From positions 1 through 50,458 of the forward strand of contig JAHLWZ010000911.1 of assembly GCA_020536535.1 (NCBI GenBank): a stretch of 50,458 nucleotides of DNA, written 5' to 3'. Under the pieces are notes generated by a model that ran no database searches, was not told the DNA's origin, and worked only from the letters and a program-made list of their open reading frames with translations. Both the position numbers and the translations under genes were made by a program. Every line of letters begins with the position of its first letter. Position 1 is the stretch's first letter. Positions 36,226-50,430 of the stretch are shown piece after piece. This DNA comes from Pelomyxa schiedti (taxonomy: Eukaryota; Protista; Evosea).

Positions 36226-39200
36226 ATGGCAACTACCAGCACAAGTACCACGACGCCGAGACAACCCCTTGGGTCATGTCTGTCTGAGCTACTTCGTCCC
36301 TCCACAGTTCCCCACACCTCGCGCGTCGCCCCCTCGTCCTCGTCCCCGGCCTCGTCCCGCCCACAGCCGATACTCGTGCACGACGCGGACGTAGAGGCGG
36401 AGGCCTGGGGCCCGCCCACGCGGGGCTCCTCGGCGGACCCGGGGCTGCTGCGGGAGGCGGAGCCACGCGATGCCGCGCTGGCTGGAGTATGCGGGCACAT
36501 GCGGGCGTCGCCGGGCCCAACAGCGGTTGCGTGTTTATCCGCCGTCGCTTATTCCGCCGCTACCTCCCAGGTTCTTGGGGAGATGTTGTATTATGGGAGT
36601 GTTATTTTTTTTTTTTTTTTTTTTTTTAAAAATTGTTGATTGTTAATTTTTTTTCCTTTCTGATGGTGTCTCTTTTTTCTTTTTTTTTTTCTCCCCCCAC
36701 ATTACATTTTTCAATGTGTTTTCAAGTATTCACTCAAGAATAGAAAAATGTACAGCCTGCTGTCACACTTATGCACTTCCTAGTACTCAAATTTTCAGAG
36801 GAAATTACAAAAGCATCTCATTCGGTAGGACACTGTCCCAGTGCTGTAGGGGTGCTCATGAACCTTTAAGATTCTCTTGGCAGATGATAAGCAAACAAAA
36901 CTATTCTATGGTGTCTTCGTTAAGAAGTTTTCTGAATCAGTGGCAAGTATCATTCAATCCCATCCCGAGTCTGGCCCTCAGCGGGAGGGACTACCTGAGG
37001 AAGCTGCTGACCCTTCTGCATCTCTCACCTCTTTCTTGTTTTCCATCCTTCCAGATCTTGTTTCAACTCTTGGACTAAGCTTGTGTGTAATGGCACGAAA
37101 CGGCTTTCCACACTTCTAAATTGTAGTATCCAGTGTTTTTGATCAAGAAAAACATCCTCAGCCAACACGATTGTCAACCGCACTGTGTGATGCCATATTT
37201 TCTTCTTTATATGTGATGGCACTTTATTCCCTCCAGAGGATAAATGATAATGGCGCTCCTTATCCTGGTGAACTTCTTTATGATGCACTGCATCAACTAG
37301 TTTCATTACATCGGGGGCAGAGGTATAATGAAGGTTTTGTTATTCTTTTTTTTTTACTATTTTAGGCCTTTATTTGAGGTGGCTCTCACATCAGTTATGT
37401 CTCAACTAGAGCTGCTTAATAAAGACAGCACTAGGAGAGCTCAGGTACAATTCTGAATTTTGTTACGTTAATAATACTTAAAACTACAGGAGGCCCACAG
37501 TTTTGTTTGGACAGTGGTTCTTACTCTATCACCTTATCTCATAAGCGCTACGATGTTTTGCAATAGGAAAAACTCCGAAGCTGAAGTTCAATCGATTGTT
37601 GCCGACTTGAGTTCGAATGGTGAGTTTTAGAAACCAAGGAGTTTCCCACAACCAATAGGTGATAGTGGCCTGTGGGATTGTGATGTAGTGCCCTGTGATT
37701 TTACGAAGTCCTATGTCTGTGTTCCATAATAATTTGCCCACTAAGAGGAAAATGTAGGGCCTAAATTCGATATGATTCAGTATTCTCACTTGCTCCACCT
37801 GAGTCTGCTGCTCGGGTTTTCGCGGAAACTGAGCACTTCCTTGAGAAATGCCGTTAGTGAGTCTTTGACTGCGATTTCACTGGGTTTCCTTAGCAATAGT
37901 CCTCCCGTCGCATGTGAGGTGAGTATAACGCGAAAAGATACGGCAACAGTAAAAAGAATACTCACAGGATGTAGTCTTTACTTCTTGGACTGCTGAACTT
38001 CAGTCTTCCCGAATCTGAAAGCGCTTTGGAGCCCTCAGTACCGACATTAATGTCATTACTGGATTCCCGTGATAGAGCCTCTGCTGGGGCCATTTCTCTG
38101 TTGGCCAACATTGGACTGCTCCATCCTTCTCTTGTGAGTTTAGTCGCGTCTTCGGGTGCCATCTCTCACACTCAGTAGATCATGAATCCGCTTTTTTCTC
38201 TTCTTCAAGGCAGTACCGCTGCAAGAGAAAATGCTTTGCAAGTTATCACAATTCTATTTAAATTTCGCACTGCTGTATCAAAACCTGAAGATTCTCAACA
38301 AGCATTCCAAATTTTTGACACTGAGTTGGCTCATCGCGTCATAGCACATCTTTCTGACTCGGAATTGTTTCTCCGTGTTCAATCGGCACACATACTAGCA
38401 GAAATTTCACCACACCTAATTGTACCTATGCTCTTGCCCCTGATCTCACACAAAGATGGCAACACCCGATCAGCCGCTGCAGAGGTTAATAACTTATATT
38501 TTCCTTTTTACAACTCACTTGTGAGCAAGTCTCTTGTGTCACTGCTATCTCACTCTAGAAATCTTCCTGCAGTTATCACGGTGATACTCGAGGAACTGCA
38601 TGGTAACACTGGTCTCAATTCTACTTCCCCACCCAAGACACCGGCTGAGCTCTTGGCTAATCCAGTGTCATTAGTTACATCAAAGACCCCAACCAAGGTA
38701 GCCAGTTCGTGGTACCTGCATCGATACTGTTCTAAGCATTCTGTAGACAACAGCTTCTAAAGACTTAGTTGAAAGGGTGGTTTCATTGACACCAAAGTGG
38801 GCACCATCAGTTGATCCCACTCAATGGTCCCCAGTGGCAAATCTGATCTTCCGTAAATTCTTTGCATGTCCTTCAGATGAAAATGTGCTTGCTGTGTTCC
38901 GTGAGTTAGTTAAATTTATGGGTGAGGATGTCCACCTAGAGGTTTTTCCTCTCCTCACTTCTTATGCTCAAACTTAACCACCAATAAAATTAGGTGGTGA
39001 AACAAATAATACAGAGAATTAGAACACAGCCTAAACTCAATTGCGAGTTACTTGAAACAAAAGAAGATGAGCAAAAAGTAGTACTCACTGATCTGCTTTT
39101 TGAGCGACTAGGTCCAATGGTCCTTCTGAATGTACTGTGCTCCTTTTTGCTTCAAAAACACTCAACCCATTGAAGGTGCTACCAAATGTGCACTTCTCAA

Positions 39201-40350
39201 TTGAAAAAGAAGTTGCTGATATTTGCGTAGAGTGTCTAACGGGAATGTAGGTATTCCCTAAGTTCCAACTGTTTTTATAATGCACTATAGGTACGAATTT
39301 CTTCCTGTTAGGAGAGTTGCCGCTGGGTGCTGTGCCAAGTTCAAACCAGTGCACACTGTACCCAGGTTGTGTATGATATTGAACGATGCCGTAAGCATCC
39401 TCGTGCACGGAAAGACGCTATCACAGGCTCTTCTCCCAGTCGACATGCACCCGGAGGATGTGACTTCCGTCACAACCGTTGTTATATTTGCATTATGCAA
39501 TATCATACACTCGCAAGGATCCGCCCTAGATTTCATAAGCGATATTGTGACACCTCTTCTTACCCTTCTGGGTGTAACTTGTGGAGTGCCATCCCTCCAA
39601 ATTACCGAGCCGACCAGCAAGCTCTTACAAGGTTGTGCGGATTGTGTTGCTACTATTATATCAGTGCAAAAAGCACCGGAGCTTCCCCTGCAACACCCAA
39701 TTATTGAAGAATTGACACCCTGCACCCCAGAGCACACACAATCTATTCCAACCTCAACAAAACCTTGGGCACACACATACCCAATGTCTGTAATTATATC
39801 CACCATCCCGGATAGGACCCGTCACTACAGATCACGTCTCGGTGCCGCCAATGTATTGTGTGCAGTGGTAAATATGTCTGACAGACAAGTGCTTCCCTTT
39901 CTTTTCCAAATATTTTTGGATATCATACCAGCGATTCAAGGAGAGACTGAGTACCCGGTTATACTTGCTTCACTCCTTCAGGTCACCAACTTTTTCCGCG
40001 GTTGTTCCTAATCATCAATCACACAACAGGGCCTGTTTTTATCAATATCCAGACATGTTGCTGCCAATCCCAACACTATAATTCCTGCATTCCGTGAAAT
40101 ACATGGACTCTGCATGCACTTTCTCAAAGAAAGCCAGGCATCCCACTTGATTCACCTTGGAGCACTAAAAGTTCTTGGGTCTCTTCTGACAAGCCCTGTA
40201 TCCTGTGATGAAGTTTTTCAGGACCCCTCAGGGCAGTTGCTACTTCATCAAACACACCAAATTCTATCTGGAATAGCAAACATGGACCCATCCTCCCAAG
40301 TAAGAGACCTTGCCGCCACGTTGTTGAAACAAGGATTTGGGAGCCCATAA
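36226..40350 (+). CDS. Large HEAT/ARM-repeat protein, multi-exon
   Basis: Helical Leu-rich exons with HEAT-like motifs (HLSDSELFLRVQSA, SHKDGNTRSAAAE, NMDPSSQVRDLA). Confidence 0.75.
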
Positions 40351-40886
40351 GTCACTTTGTGGTGGTGCCAGCATGGGTAAATAAATTCCTCCTGGGTTTC
40401 TATTTATGAGTGCAATTGTCAGAGTGGCAACTGGATTGTGGGTTGTTTCCTCGAAGGCACTCCGACAACAAACCTACATTGGAACAATGCAACCAACCAA
40501 CCACCCAGTTGGGAGTTTGGTTATAGTTCCGAACAGTTTTTTGGTAGTTTTTTTTTTATGAAGTAATGCAGTTGGACGCAGGGAAGTAGTGTAGAAGATG
40601 ACAGGACTTGTAAACGAGGTTACAGAATGCTAATTTGCAAAGGGGCTTCTTTTTTTGAAAATTCTTGGAACGTCCTTTCCAATTAGAAATACTTTTTTTT
40701 TTATCATTCTAATTTTGGCTCCTTAAAAAGCCCAACCGTCAAACACAACCAACTAATGCGCGTCGCAAATCAAACTAAGCAGGGAATTTTTTTGTTGACA
40801 CAATTTTGACAAAAAAACAAACAAACCAACCAGACAACGCCCCACCCGCGAGGCCCAGATCTATACAACAAATACAATAAGCAAAG

Positions 40887-41605
<719 letters not shown>

Positions 41606-41789
41606 TAAACAACCTTAAAAAAAATTACAAAATGTGTGTTGTTTTTCCACAGTATTTTCTCTGTCGTCTCCCTTGTGGTTTTTTCCGCATCCTCATGTGA
41701 ACAATTGCCTAAGTAGCACTCTGACGCATAAACACACTCGAAAAGCAGCAAAGGTCTCTGGTCTTGCACGCCCACAACCCTTTTGTGCG

Positions 41790-42190
41790 TCACGTCCTCT
41801 TGCTTTTGCTTGCTAGGAGAGTCTGGGCGTCTTTTTTCACACTCTGAACCAATGCAGCAGATGTTTCTACAATCTTAGCAAAAGCCTTTTGGGTTTTTGT
41901 GGTGTTGAGTTAGGTGCCTGACTCCATGTTTCGTGTGGAAGGGGGAAAACCTCTTCAGTCTGGTTGATGGCCCTGTCGAACTCGCTCATCGCATCGTACT
42001 TCTTGGCCAGGGAGTCGTCGAGGGCCTGCAGGCGCTCCTGCAGAGACGCGATCTGCTGCGCCAGAACCTGCCTCTCGGACTCCTGCTTGCTTATGTGCCC
42101 CCTCAGAACGCCCTGGCGCTCCCTAAGGTCTTCCAGATACTGCACCAGCTCGTTGTTGTATGCTTGCAATTGGGCTCCGTGGTCAGCCAT
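41790..42190 (-). CDS. SSNA1: SSNA1/NA14/DIP13 centrosome and basal-body coiled-coil protein; 2 exons
   Basis: MADHGAQLQAYNNELVQYLEDL...EFDRAINQTEE/AFAKIVETS matches the GAxLQxYNNELV and EFDRxIxxTExAxxKIxE signature. Confidence 0.9.
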
Positions 42191-42385
42191 CGATCTCTTA
42201 ACTTCTTTCCGAGAAGACCATCACCCCTTCCTGCTCCGAGAGATAGGTGCGCTCCCTCAGGTGCCCCTTACAGTCCTTTAGCGTAGACCAAAAATCTGAC
42301 ATGTTTACCCTGCTGCATTAATGTTTGACATGTGAGATCAATGTTCGAGGTCATTTCCTCTAACAATTCAAAAACCTCCTCACGG

Positions 42386-44167
42386 ATGTGTGCGGCCACT
42401 ACTCCGAGCGGATTGTTGTCGGCGGCAGCTACGACTGTGGCAACTACATCTACTGCATCTGCGACAGCACCGGCGTCGGTGTTCGAGGACCCCAACGAAG
42501 ATAGGCCGCCGTTGCAGGCGATTCTGTTGGGAACAAGGCTGCCGGTGTCCAAGAAAGTGAGGCTCGAGGAGTGCGTGAAGGTGCCGAAGGGGTCCATGTC
42601 GTTCCACAGGCTGTCACTGACGTCCAAGGCGAGGGACGACATGATCACATCTATGGCTGACAAGCACCCAAACTACGAGCTCATTCGCATGGTTTGTGTG
42701 TGTCAGTGCTGGTGCTTGTACATTTTAGTATATGATAATGTCACTTCTACATTTTGGTTGCACCTACAATGGACTTTCTTAAGGCTTGTGAGAAATATTT
42801 TCCCTACATGTATGGCTTTGTGGAAGCAATGGAAGGCAATAAAGGCATAAGGCTAAACACACCCATATGTATGACCAATGTTTTTTAATTGAGTTGTACA
42901 AAGCTACAACACAGGTTTTGCTTGGAGTTCTCCACTAAGGGACACTAAAAAAACTCAAGTTTACTCCTGTTACAGCTACAACTTTGAGGTAACTAAGTAA
43001 TTTCCATTCACCAGTAATCTCATAAAGATCATTATGACAATTATGGTATGCAAGAATGGATAGCATCTGTTTCATGATTTCCTAAGCCAGTTTTTTTCCC
43101 TCAAATCAGAGTTATGGGTACACCTACCTGAACACAGCTTGCTCTTTATGTCATACCATTTCTAATGAGGCTCAATTTCATGAATATGCACCTCGGGTTG
43201 CACAACAACTGAAACAAGCAGCTGGGATTTTCAACTATGTGGCTACCCAAGAAATTCCACGCTGGTCTGCAGCCCCAGCCGACAGACCCTGTGACGTAAT
43301 GCCTAGTATGGCGGAGGCTCTCTCACTGTACTTTATCCCTTTTCTATGAAAAGGAACCCTTATGAGTATTTAAGGGTTTGCCTTGCCGGCGCCCAAGAGT
43401 TGACTTTACTAAAGGGAATGTGGACCAAATCCAGCCCCTCCGTTCTTGCTAAGCTCAGTACAGATATTTTCCAGTATGTTACTTCGCATATAGACTCCTC
43501 TAATTCGATCAAAAACAGAAAATATGCAGATGCACTTTTGAGAATTCAGGCTATGCCAAGATACGAGAGGGATCACCTAGATGATGACTGGTTTCATTTT
43601 ATCAAAGGAATGCAGCTGTACCATAAAGCTATTACGTACATGCTATTAGGCAAGGCGGCCTATGATGGAGGGTGTGTCAAGTTTTATTCACACCTTAATC
43701 TCACTTCACTTCAGCAAAATGGCATTTGCGGTGGCTTACATGAATGTGCTGTATTTTTGTTAATTCTTCTATAACTTATTTCCATTGCAGTCAAGTTTGG
43801 CTACTTTGAAAACTCTTCAGGTATAAATACATAACACTCTTAAATCCTGATCCTGTTTTAGATAAAGCCTCCATTTGATGACTGGCCTGCTGCCATTGGC
43901 ACACTTACTCACGAAATAACGGTATAAACTTAAAACAACCGTAACAAGAACTCATAAAATGAAGCATCTCCAAGCACGTTATACAAAGGAAAATGACATC
44001 ATACATCATGAACGGGTATTCCTCCTTTGCCATGCACCTCGCAAAACTAACTTTGAACAAAGGTTGTTGGTGAAGCTCAACTGGAAATGCCCGAAGGCAA
44101 GTGCCTTGTGCAACCCATTCCCTTTGCCCCACCACCACCCACCTATCGAACCCTCGATGGTGTGTAA
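42386..44167 (+). CDS. Stand-alone BRO1-domain protein (BROX-like)
   Basis: FAWSSPL...YNFE, LKQAAGIFNYV, CLAGAQEL, VLAKLS and KENDIIHHERV, with a Pro-rich tail. Confidence 0.82.
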
Positions 44168-44267
44168 TCATAATTAGAAAGAACACCCAAGCCCTTCTGC
44201 TTTTTTTCCCAAGAAATTCTTCAAAACCAAGCGAAATTGTGATCACTTTCCCAAAAAATCGTTTCTG

Positions 44268-45545
44268 ATGGACTTTTTGCTGTCCCGCGTCCGTATGGTC
44301 TTCGACTCGGCCGCGGAGCCCGCTCCCCCTCCTCGTCCCGCAAGGCGCTCGCCCGCGACCCCGCACACGCCAGTCACCGCGCCACCTTCCGCGGCAGTGG
44401 CCGCAACTGCATCGCGTTGCGATGTCGCGTTTCCCCCGCCGCCTCTGCCTCCCGCTGCGGCGTGCGCCGCGCCGCCGGCGCCGCCCCCGCCTGTCATGCG
44501 GCGGGGAGCCGGCGGGTGCGTGACGTTCCTGGCGCCGGGGCAGGACATGTCGTACCCGCCGCCGCCTCCGCCCGGGGCCCTGGACGGGGGGTCGATCTGG
44601 CGGCGGTACGTGGAGCCGTTTCCTAGCGAGCCTCCCCCTGCGCCGCCTCCTCCCGTGAGCATCCGGGGGGCGTTCCGGAGCCCCGAGGAAGTGCCCACTT
44701 CCGTGCCCCCGCCCCCGCCGCCTCCTCCCACCACGGGGGTCCACGGTGTTTACTGCTACCCTGAGGGGTGCACTGCCGCTGCGGCGCCTCCGCCCCCGCC
44801 GCCGCCTCCTCCTCCCACTCGGGTGTTCCACGGTCTTTATTGCATCCCTGAGTACTGGACTTCCGCTGCCCCGCCTCCTCCCCCTCCCCCGCCCCCGTCG
44901 CATCATCAGCACACTGCCACCAGCACTTCGACTAGTGCGATGCCGCCCCCTCCGCCGCCCCCGCCCCCGCCCCCGCCAGCGAGGCGGCACAGGCGCACAG
45001 GCTGGCCGGATCCGTTGCTGCAGCAGCAGCAGAATGCACCGCCGGAACCCCCTCCGGCTCCCGTCCGCGTTGGAGGAGTATTCGTCCCGCCGCCTCCGCC
45101 GCGGCCAGGCAGGGCCTCCGGCCCGCCTCCCCCTCCGCCGCCTCCTCCTCCCGTGATGGTACGCGGCGCGTTCCGCAGCCCCGCGGACCTGCCCACTTCC
45201 ACGCCCCCGCCTCCCCCTCCCCTGCCTCCCCTCCACCGCGGGGGCCCACGGGGTGGAGTCACCGCCACGTCGGCCTCGTGCTGTGCTATCAACGACAATT
45301 CTGTGCACTCTGTGGGCAGCACTTCGACTCCCCCATCCACTTTGGACTCACACGCCATGGCGTCCATCACGGACCCCGCGTTGCTATCGTCTGAGACAGA
45401 GTGCATTGTGTGCATGTCGCTTCAGAGAACAGTAATGTTCCAGCCATGCCACCACTTTGTGTGCTGTGACCAGTGCTCCTCAGCATTGTCACTCTGTCCC
45501 AAATGCAGAGCGCCCATCACCAACAGGCTGCGAGTGTTTTTATAA
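44268..45545 (+). CDS. Intronless polyproline-rich protein with a C-terminal C3HC4 RING (IAP/Mdm2-like)
   Basis: About ten polyproline tracts, then [39 protein letters not shown]. Confidence 0.85.
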   Translation: MDFLLSRVRMVFDSAAEPAPPPRPARRSPATPHTPVTAPPSAAVAATASRCDVAFPPPPLPPAAACAAPPAPPPPVMRRGAGGCVTFLAPGQDMSYPPPPPPGALDGGSIWRRYVEPFPSEPPPAPPPPVSIRGAFRSPEEVPTSVPPPPPPPPTTGVHGVYCYPEGCTAAAAPPPPPPPPPPTRVFHGLYCIPEYWTSAAPPPPPPPPPSHHQHTATSTSTSAMPPPPPPPPPPPPARRHRRTGWPDPLLQQQQNAPPEPPPAPVRVGGVFVPPPPPRPGRASGPPPPPPPPPPVMVRGAFRSPADLPTSTPPPPPPLPPLHRGGPRGGVTATSASCCAINDNSVHSVGSTSTPPSTLDSHAMASITDPALLSSETECIVCMSLQRTVMFQPCHHFVCCDQCSSALSLCPKCRAPITNRLRVFL

Positions 45546-45835
45546 TTTGTAGCAGTAAATGAGGATTTTTCATGAATCAAAATTAAAAAGCAATTGAACA
45601 ACACCACAAAAGTATTCGACACACATGTTCTTCACATTACTGGCGGTAGTGTTGGTGTGCAGACACCGAAACTGAGTTGTTTTTGACTGTTAAACAGATA
45701 GTGGTGGTTGCACACCATTGATAGAATTACGGCAAGCAAATGGGGGATAGGATAGTAAATGGGTAGTTCTGTCAATAAACTTATATGAACAGACACAATG
45801 TCTTGTCCATTTGCTTCTATTTGTTTTTTTTTGGC

Positions 45836-47243
45836 TTACAACTTGAGAGAACGGAGTGCATTCTCCACATCACTTAGACGAGTGGCGGATTGGCCTCTTG
45901 CAGTCAAGTCGGCAGCGTATCTGTAGTGAGTAGGTAAGGGTTAATGATAGGTTTGTTGATTTACTTTTCCATTGTGCGAGTTCCATTCACTACAGCAATT
46001 ACACCCAACATTACATCAACAACAGCTTTTGGGTCATTCAATATGATGACACGTTCCCCAACTACTGGGGCCCAAGATTCCTCCACTTCTTGGTTCATCC
46101 TTTAAAATGTCATGGAAGCGTCAGAAGATTTATCAAATACCTATCTAAGGGTGCATAGAAAGTGTCAGTGCACATCTTGCGGATGAAGTAGACGTTATAT
46201 TTCTGCCGGAGAAGCCTAAATATTTCCTTTGCGGGCATATCTTCATGCTCCAGACCCAGGTCTATGTTGGGTGAGACTGAGATAGAAGCTGGAAAGAAGT
46301 ACGTTGGCGAATGATACTTCCCTGTAGCAAAGCAGGAATGCTTTCATCACCAGTTATGAAGAAGAAACCTTTACCCCGGACAGTGGTTTTCAGTGCATAA
46401 TAAGCTGCACATAAATCATAACTCTCTACCCGGTTACCACCACCGCTTCTAATATCTGAAAAGGTTGAGAGTTCGACTATAAATAGAGAAACTACGAATC
46501 AAGCCGTAGGGGGGGTGGTTGGCTTCTCTAAGCCAGAGTTTCCCCATGTGAGTATCAATATCGCCGCCTTGGGCAAATGGGGTGACTATTCACATGTTAA
46601 AAACCCTAAAGGATACTGAGGTGATACCTTGAAGTGCGCCTGACGTATCAACAAGAGCATCACCTATTGCTGCAAAACTGATGGCGGGGTCGTGTAAATA
46701 CCCTTGCATCTGAAGTTGTCCAACTATAGGAGCTAAGAAGTAGTGAGTGGCGAGGGGGATACATACAGAACATGGGTAACTTGTCTGCAATTTTTAAGTA
46801 GGCAGTGTTTGTGAGAAGTAAAACAAAAGAAGGAAACGCGTCTTACCGTATATTATCCTGTTTGGGGAGTGTAATGAACATTTAAAACATAAAAATATAC
46901 AGTATTTGGCTTACTTTGACCAGGTTCCCATTGAACCGGTCATATCCAACGCTGAGCGAGTGGAGCAATTAAGGATATACCCGAACAGCAGAGAACGGGG
47001 GAGGAAAAACTCACCAACAACCACAGCATTTTCGTGGGTGCACACCATGTCTTGGTGACAGGACAGGTCCGGGTGCACCGAGGTCCTTCTGGCAGTCTGA
47101 TGGAAAAACTCCACAGACTGCGACGAGTATGAAGCCGCTGGTGTGGCGGCAGCGCTCGACGACGAAGCTGTCGTGGTCGTAACAGTCGACGGCGTGGCCG
47201 AGGGTGCAGAATAAACTTCACGGTCGTAGTAGCTGCCCCCCAT
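45836..47243 (-). CDS. von Willebrand factor A (vWA) domain protein
   Basis: MGGSYY start; MIDAS motif VVVALDMTGSMG; ISFAAIGD, LQVTPFAQG, GGGNRVESY and FFFITGDE. Confidence 0.85.
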
Positions 47244-47428
47244 TTCGTCCAAACAAAAAAAACTGGTTGTGTTGTTTAGGGGTTTTTCTGTTTTCTCCTA
47301 AAACCCGACCACCTTGGTGTTTCTGGGGATTTCTCAATGTCCAGATTTCTCAAAGGCCTTTTCTGGTGTTTTTCTTGACCAGGAGTCCCGGACGACTTGG
47401 AGGCAAGAGAAGAGACGCTATTAATTTA

Positions 47429-50256
47429 TTACGCGGATACAAGGAACGAACCCGTGAGGCCGGTGTCAATACAGTCCTGTGATACCCACACGTCAAACCA
47501 GCCAGGTTCAACAACGTAGGAGACTGAGGCATCCCAGAACCCAAGGTCTTCAACACTCACTGAGAGAGAAATTCGTTGTGATTGGGATGAGTCCAAGGTA
47601 ACCCGCTTGTAGTCATACCTTGTTTTTGGAAGTTAGTGGGATCGGGGGGAGTGTTTTTTGGTTATTGTGATTTAACATACAACATCTTTTTCCATCTTAC
47701 AACTGAGGCTACGCGGTCAGCAATGTATAACTGCACAACGGTGGAGCCGGAGATTGAGCCTGTATTCCTAACTGTGACTGAGAAGGTAACAGTTCCAGTA
47801 GTGGGAACAGTCAGTGGAGAGATAACAAGAGCACTTAGTGTGAATGATGTGTAGGTGAGTCCGAATCCAAATGGGAAAAGTGGAACGTGAGGCTCGAAAG
47901 TGTACAGTTGGTCGTCATAGCTTCGCGGTTGTGAATTAATAACCAAGGGGAGATGGAATTACTAGCGATATTTCTAGAATTTATTAAGATGAGCCAGGCT
48001 AACAGAGAAGGGAAGGAAAGGTACCTGCCAATATGGATGAGCCGGTCCCCATATTTGGCCAACAGAATATGGCCAAGAGCTTGTAAGTCGTCCCTTTCGC
48101 GAGTGAGATTGAAAATTAGAAGCGGGAGAGAGACATAGGGAGCAGAGAGGCCAAAGGCGATATTTGCAATGGCATTTCCGCCTTCCTCTCCCGGTCTCCA
48201 AGTTACAAGAAGGGCACTTATCTAAAGCACTTAGTTGGTTGAGTCATCATGCATTGGTACTAAAATACTTGATCTAAGACAGAGTTCATGTATCCAAATG
48301 TCTTGGGACGCCCAGCCACTAGAACAACTACAGTAGGCTTCCCAATTGCCACAATTTGCTCCAATAAGTTCTGCTGACCTCCAGGAAAATCCAAAGTAGT
48401 TACATCACCAGTTCGCCCCCTTTGAATGTGAGGAAGGAAAAAATAAGGATGAGTACCCCCAGGACTCTTGGCATGTATCTTGATTATCACCAATGACTAC
48501 AAATACTAGATCAGAACTTTGTGCCAGTGTTACGGCAGCTGCTAGCATGTCTGTACTCTCATCCATAACATTAGCACCTTGGGCATAAGACACAGAGACC
48601 TTGGGATAGCGAGTCCCAAGGAAATTTCGGATACCTTCCAATGGGGTGATAATGTCTGTTCTCGTTTGTTAAATGGAAAGAATAAAATTAAGGTTGAAAA
48701 CATACTAGCACCAAACTCTGTATAGCCTCCTGCCAAACTAGAAGCATCGTCACCTAATGGACCAATAACTGCAACACTAGAATAATCGGAAGCATCAAGA
48801 GGTAGCATATTATTGGAATTTTTAAGTAGTACTATTGACTTCTCAGCAGCTTCCAATGCTAATAAGATTAGTGTCGTATATATAACGCTTCTTTCAACCT
48901 AAATTACGATGTTCTGCAGTGTCGAGATCGACCAGAAGGGAGGTGTCTGCATAAGGTTCATCCATCACACCAGTTGCGAATTTGGTATATAAAACATTGT
49001 GAACTGCAGTATTTACCAGGGAGATGTCAACTTTTCCTTCATTCACAGCATCAACAAGTGGTGGGTAGCTGGTTCCCCCGAGGTCCATGTGTACACCCGC
49101 TGTGATTCCTAACACAGCTGCATCTTCAGTGGACTCGGCCAGGTGATACCCCTGCAGACCCTGAATATCGCCGAAGTCACTGGAAATCAATCCCTCCCAC
49201 TGCATTTCTCCCATCAAAATGTCAGTCAATAACCACTTATTGCCATGTGCTGGTATGCCATTATATGCTATTTCATTATGTGAGGGCATGATCGCTCCCA
49301 CTCCTGCATCAACCACAGCCTACGCGGTATGAAAAGTACATTAAAATCACGGAATAGTTACCTGCCATGGCTTAAGGAAAATGTCGCGCATAGTGCGTTC
49401 ACTAATATCAGCCACTGTTCCGTCTTGGCCTCCTTGTGTTATGCCGTAACTGCACGATATGTTATTGCCTTCAAGTTAAGGCTCGACTCACGCAGCGAAG
49501 TGCTTAGCATTTGACATTATACTAGACGAGAAATTGTAATAGCCGTCCTGATCCAGGGATCCCTGTAGTCCTTTGACAGCTGCAACAGCCATCCTTGACG
49601 TAATGAGGGGATCCTCCCCAAATCCTAGTAGAACAATGACATTCTGGCAGTCAATGATAAAAACAAGAAAAACCTTCCTGGAATCTCCCAAACCTCGGGT
49701 CGACATACAAGTTCATATTAGGTGACATTGTCCTTGAAGCGCCCCAGACTCTAGAATCCAAGGCAATTGCCTGGTGTACCCTCGTAACGAGGTCCTCATC
49801 CCAAGTGCAAGATAGTCCCACAGGCATAGGGTAAATTGTTCCATTGACACCACCAGAGTGCAGAGCCTCCTGTACCCATTCAATGGGTATTCCCAATCGA
49901 GAGTTGCTTATGAAGTAAGACTGCATGCTGTTGCGCACATCCAAGTTGGGCCCAGTGGTGTCAATATAAATGGCACCAACACCAGTGGTGCCCCATTTCT
50001 AAACGAATCAATTTGGGTGCCCTCTTTGGTTGGATTTTCCAGATACTTTGACAACACAAGCACTTGCTTGTTTTGCGATTAAAAAAAAAACCTGCTTTAT
50101 ATCGTCCAGAGAAAAGTTGACAGGGATGAGCAGTTGGGCTACTTTTTCCTCCAGTGTCATGCTGGCCATTAGATCTGCAACCCTTTGTTCAATGACTGGC
50201 GAAAAAGCGCCCTGCACAACAACAACCACGCAGAGCACCAGGCACACGAACTTCAT
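47429..50256 (-). CDS. Secreted glycoside hydrolase family 3 (beta-glucosidase/xylosidase) with a C-terminal Fn3-like domain
   Basis: Signal peptide; MTLEEKVAQL, SRLGIP, DPRFGRFQEGFGEDP, KHFAA, nucleophile ISSDF, SIVLLKN, PLFPFGFGLTYT and VVQLYI. Confidence 0.95.
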
Positions 50257-50290
50257 TTTGTTTTGTTTTTGTGTTTCGTTCCAGATCGGG

Positions 50291-50430
50291 TAACTGCACG
50301 TTTCGTTCGTGATTGATCGAAGAAGATGCTTTTAACTCAGTGCTCTACCCAGTTAAAACCTTTAACTTGGTACCAAGTTTCCTTAACCTTTAACTGGGTT
50401 AACTGTTAACTGGGTTTTTTTAACTTGGTA
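50291..50430. promoter_or_regulatory. Cluster of TAACT(G/T) motifs with nested inverted repeats upstream of the GH3 gene
   Basis: TAACTG at 50291, 50391, 50400 and 50407, CAGTTA at 50350, an 11-bp inverted repeat (50347-50357 / 50389-50399) and a 16-bp palindrome at 50364-50379. Confidence 0.4.

Noticed and set aside
43905-45415. Long Arg/Gly-rich antisense ORFs (467, 163 and 169 aa)
   Set aside because: Shadow frames of the GC-rich polyproline RING gene.
46586-46616. GTATCCTTT...TTTTTAAC...AG on the minus strand looks like a tiny U12-type intron
   Set aside because: The reading frame (ALQ-VTPFAQG) requires the upstream GT at 46627 (42-nt intron); using GTATCCTTT would shift the frame.
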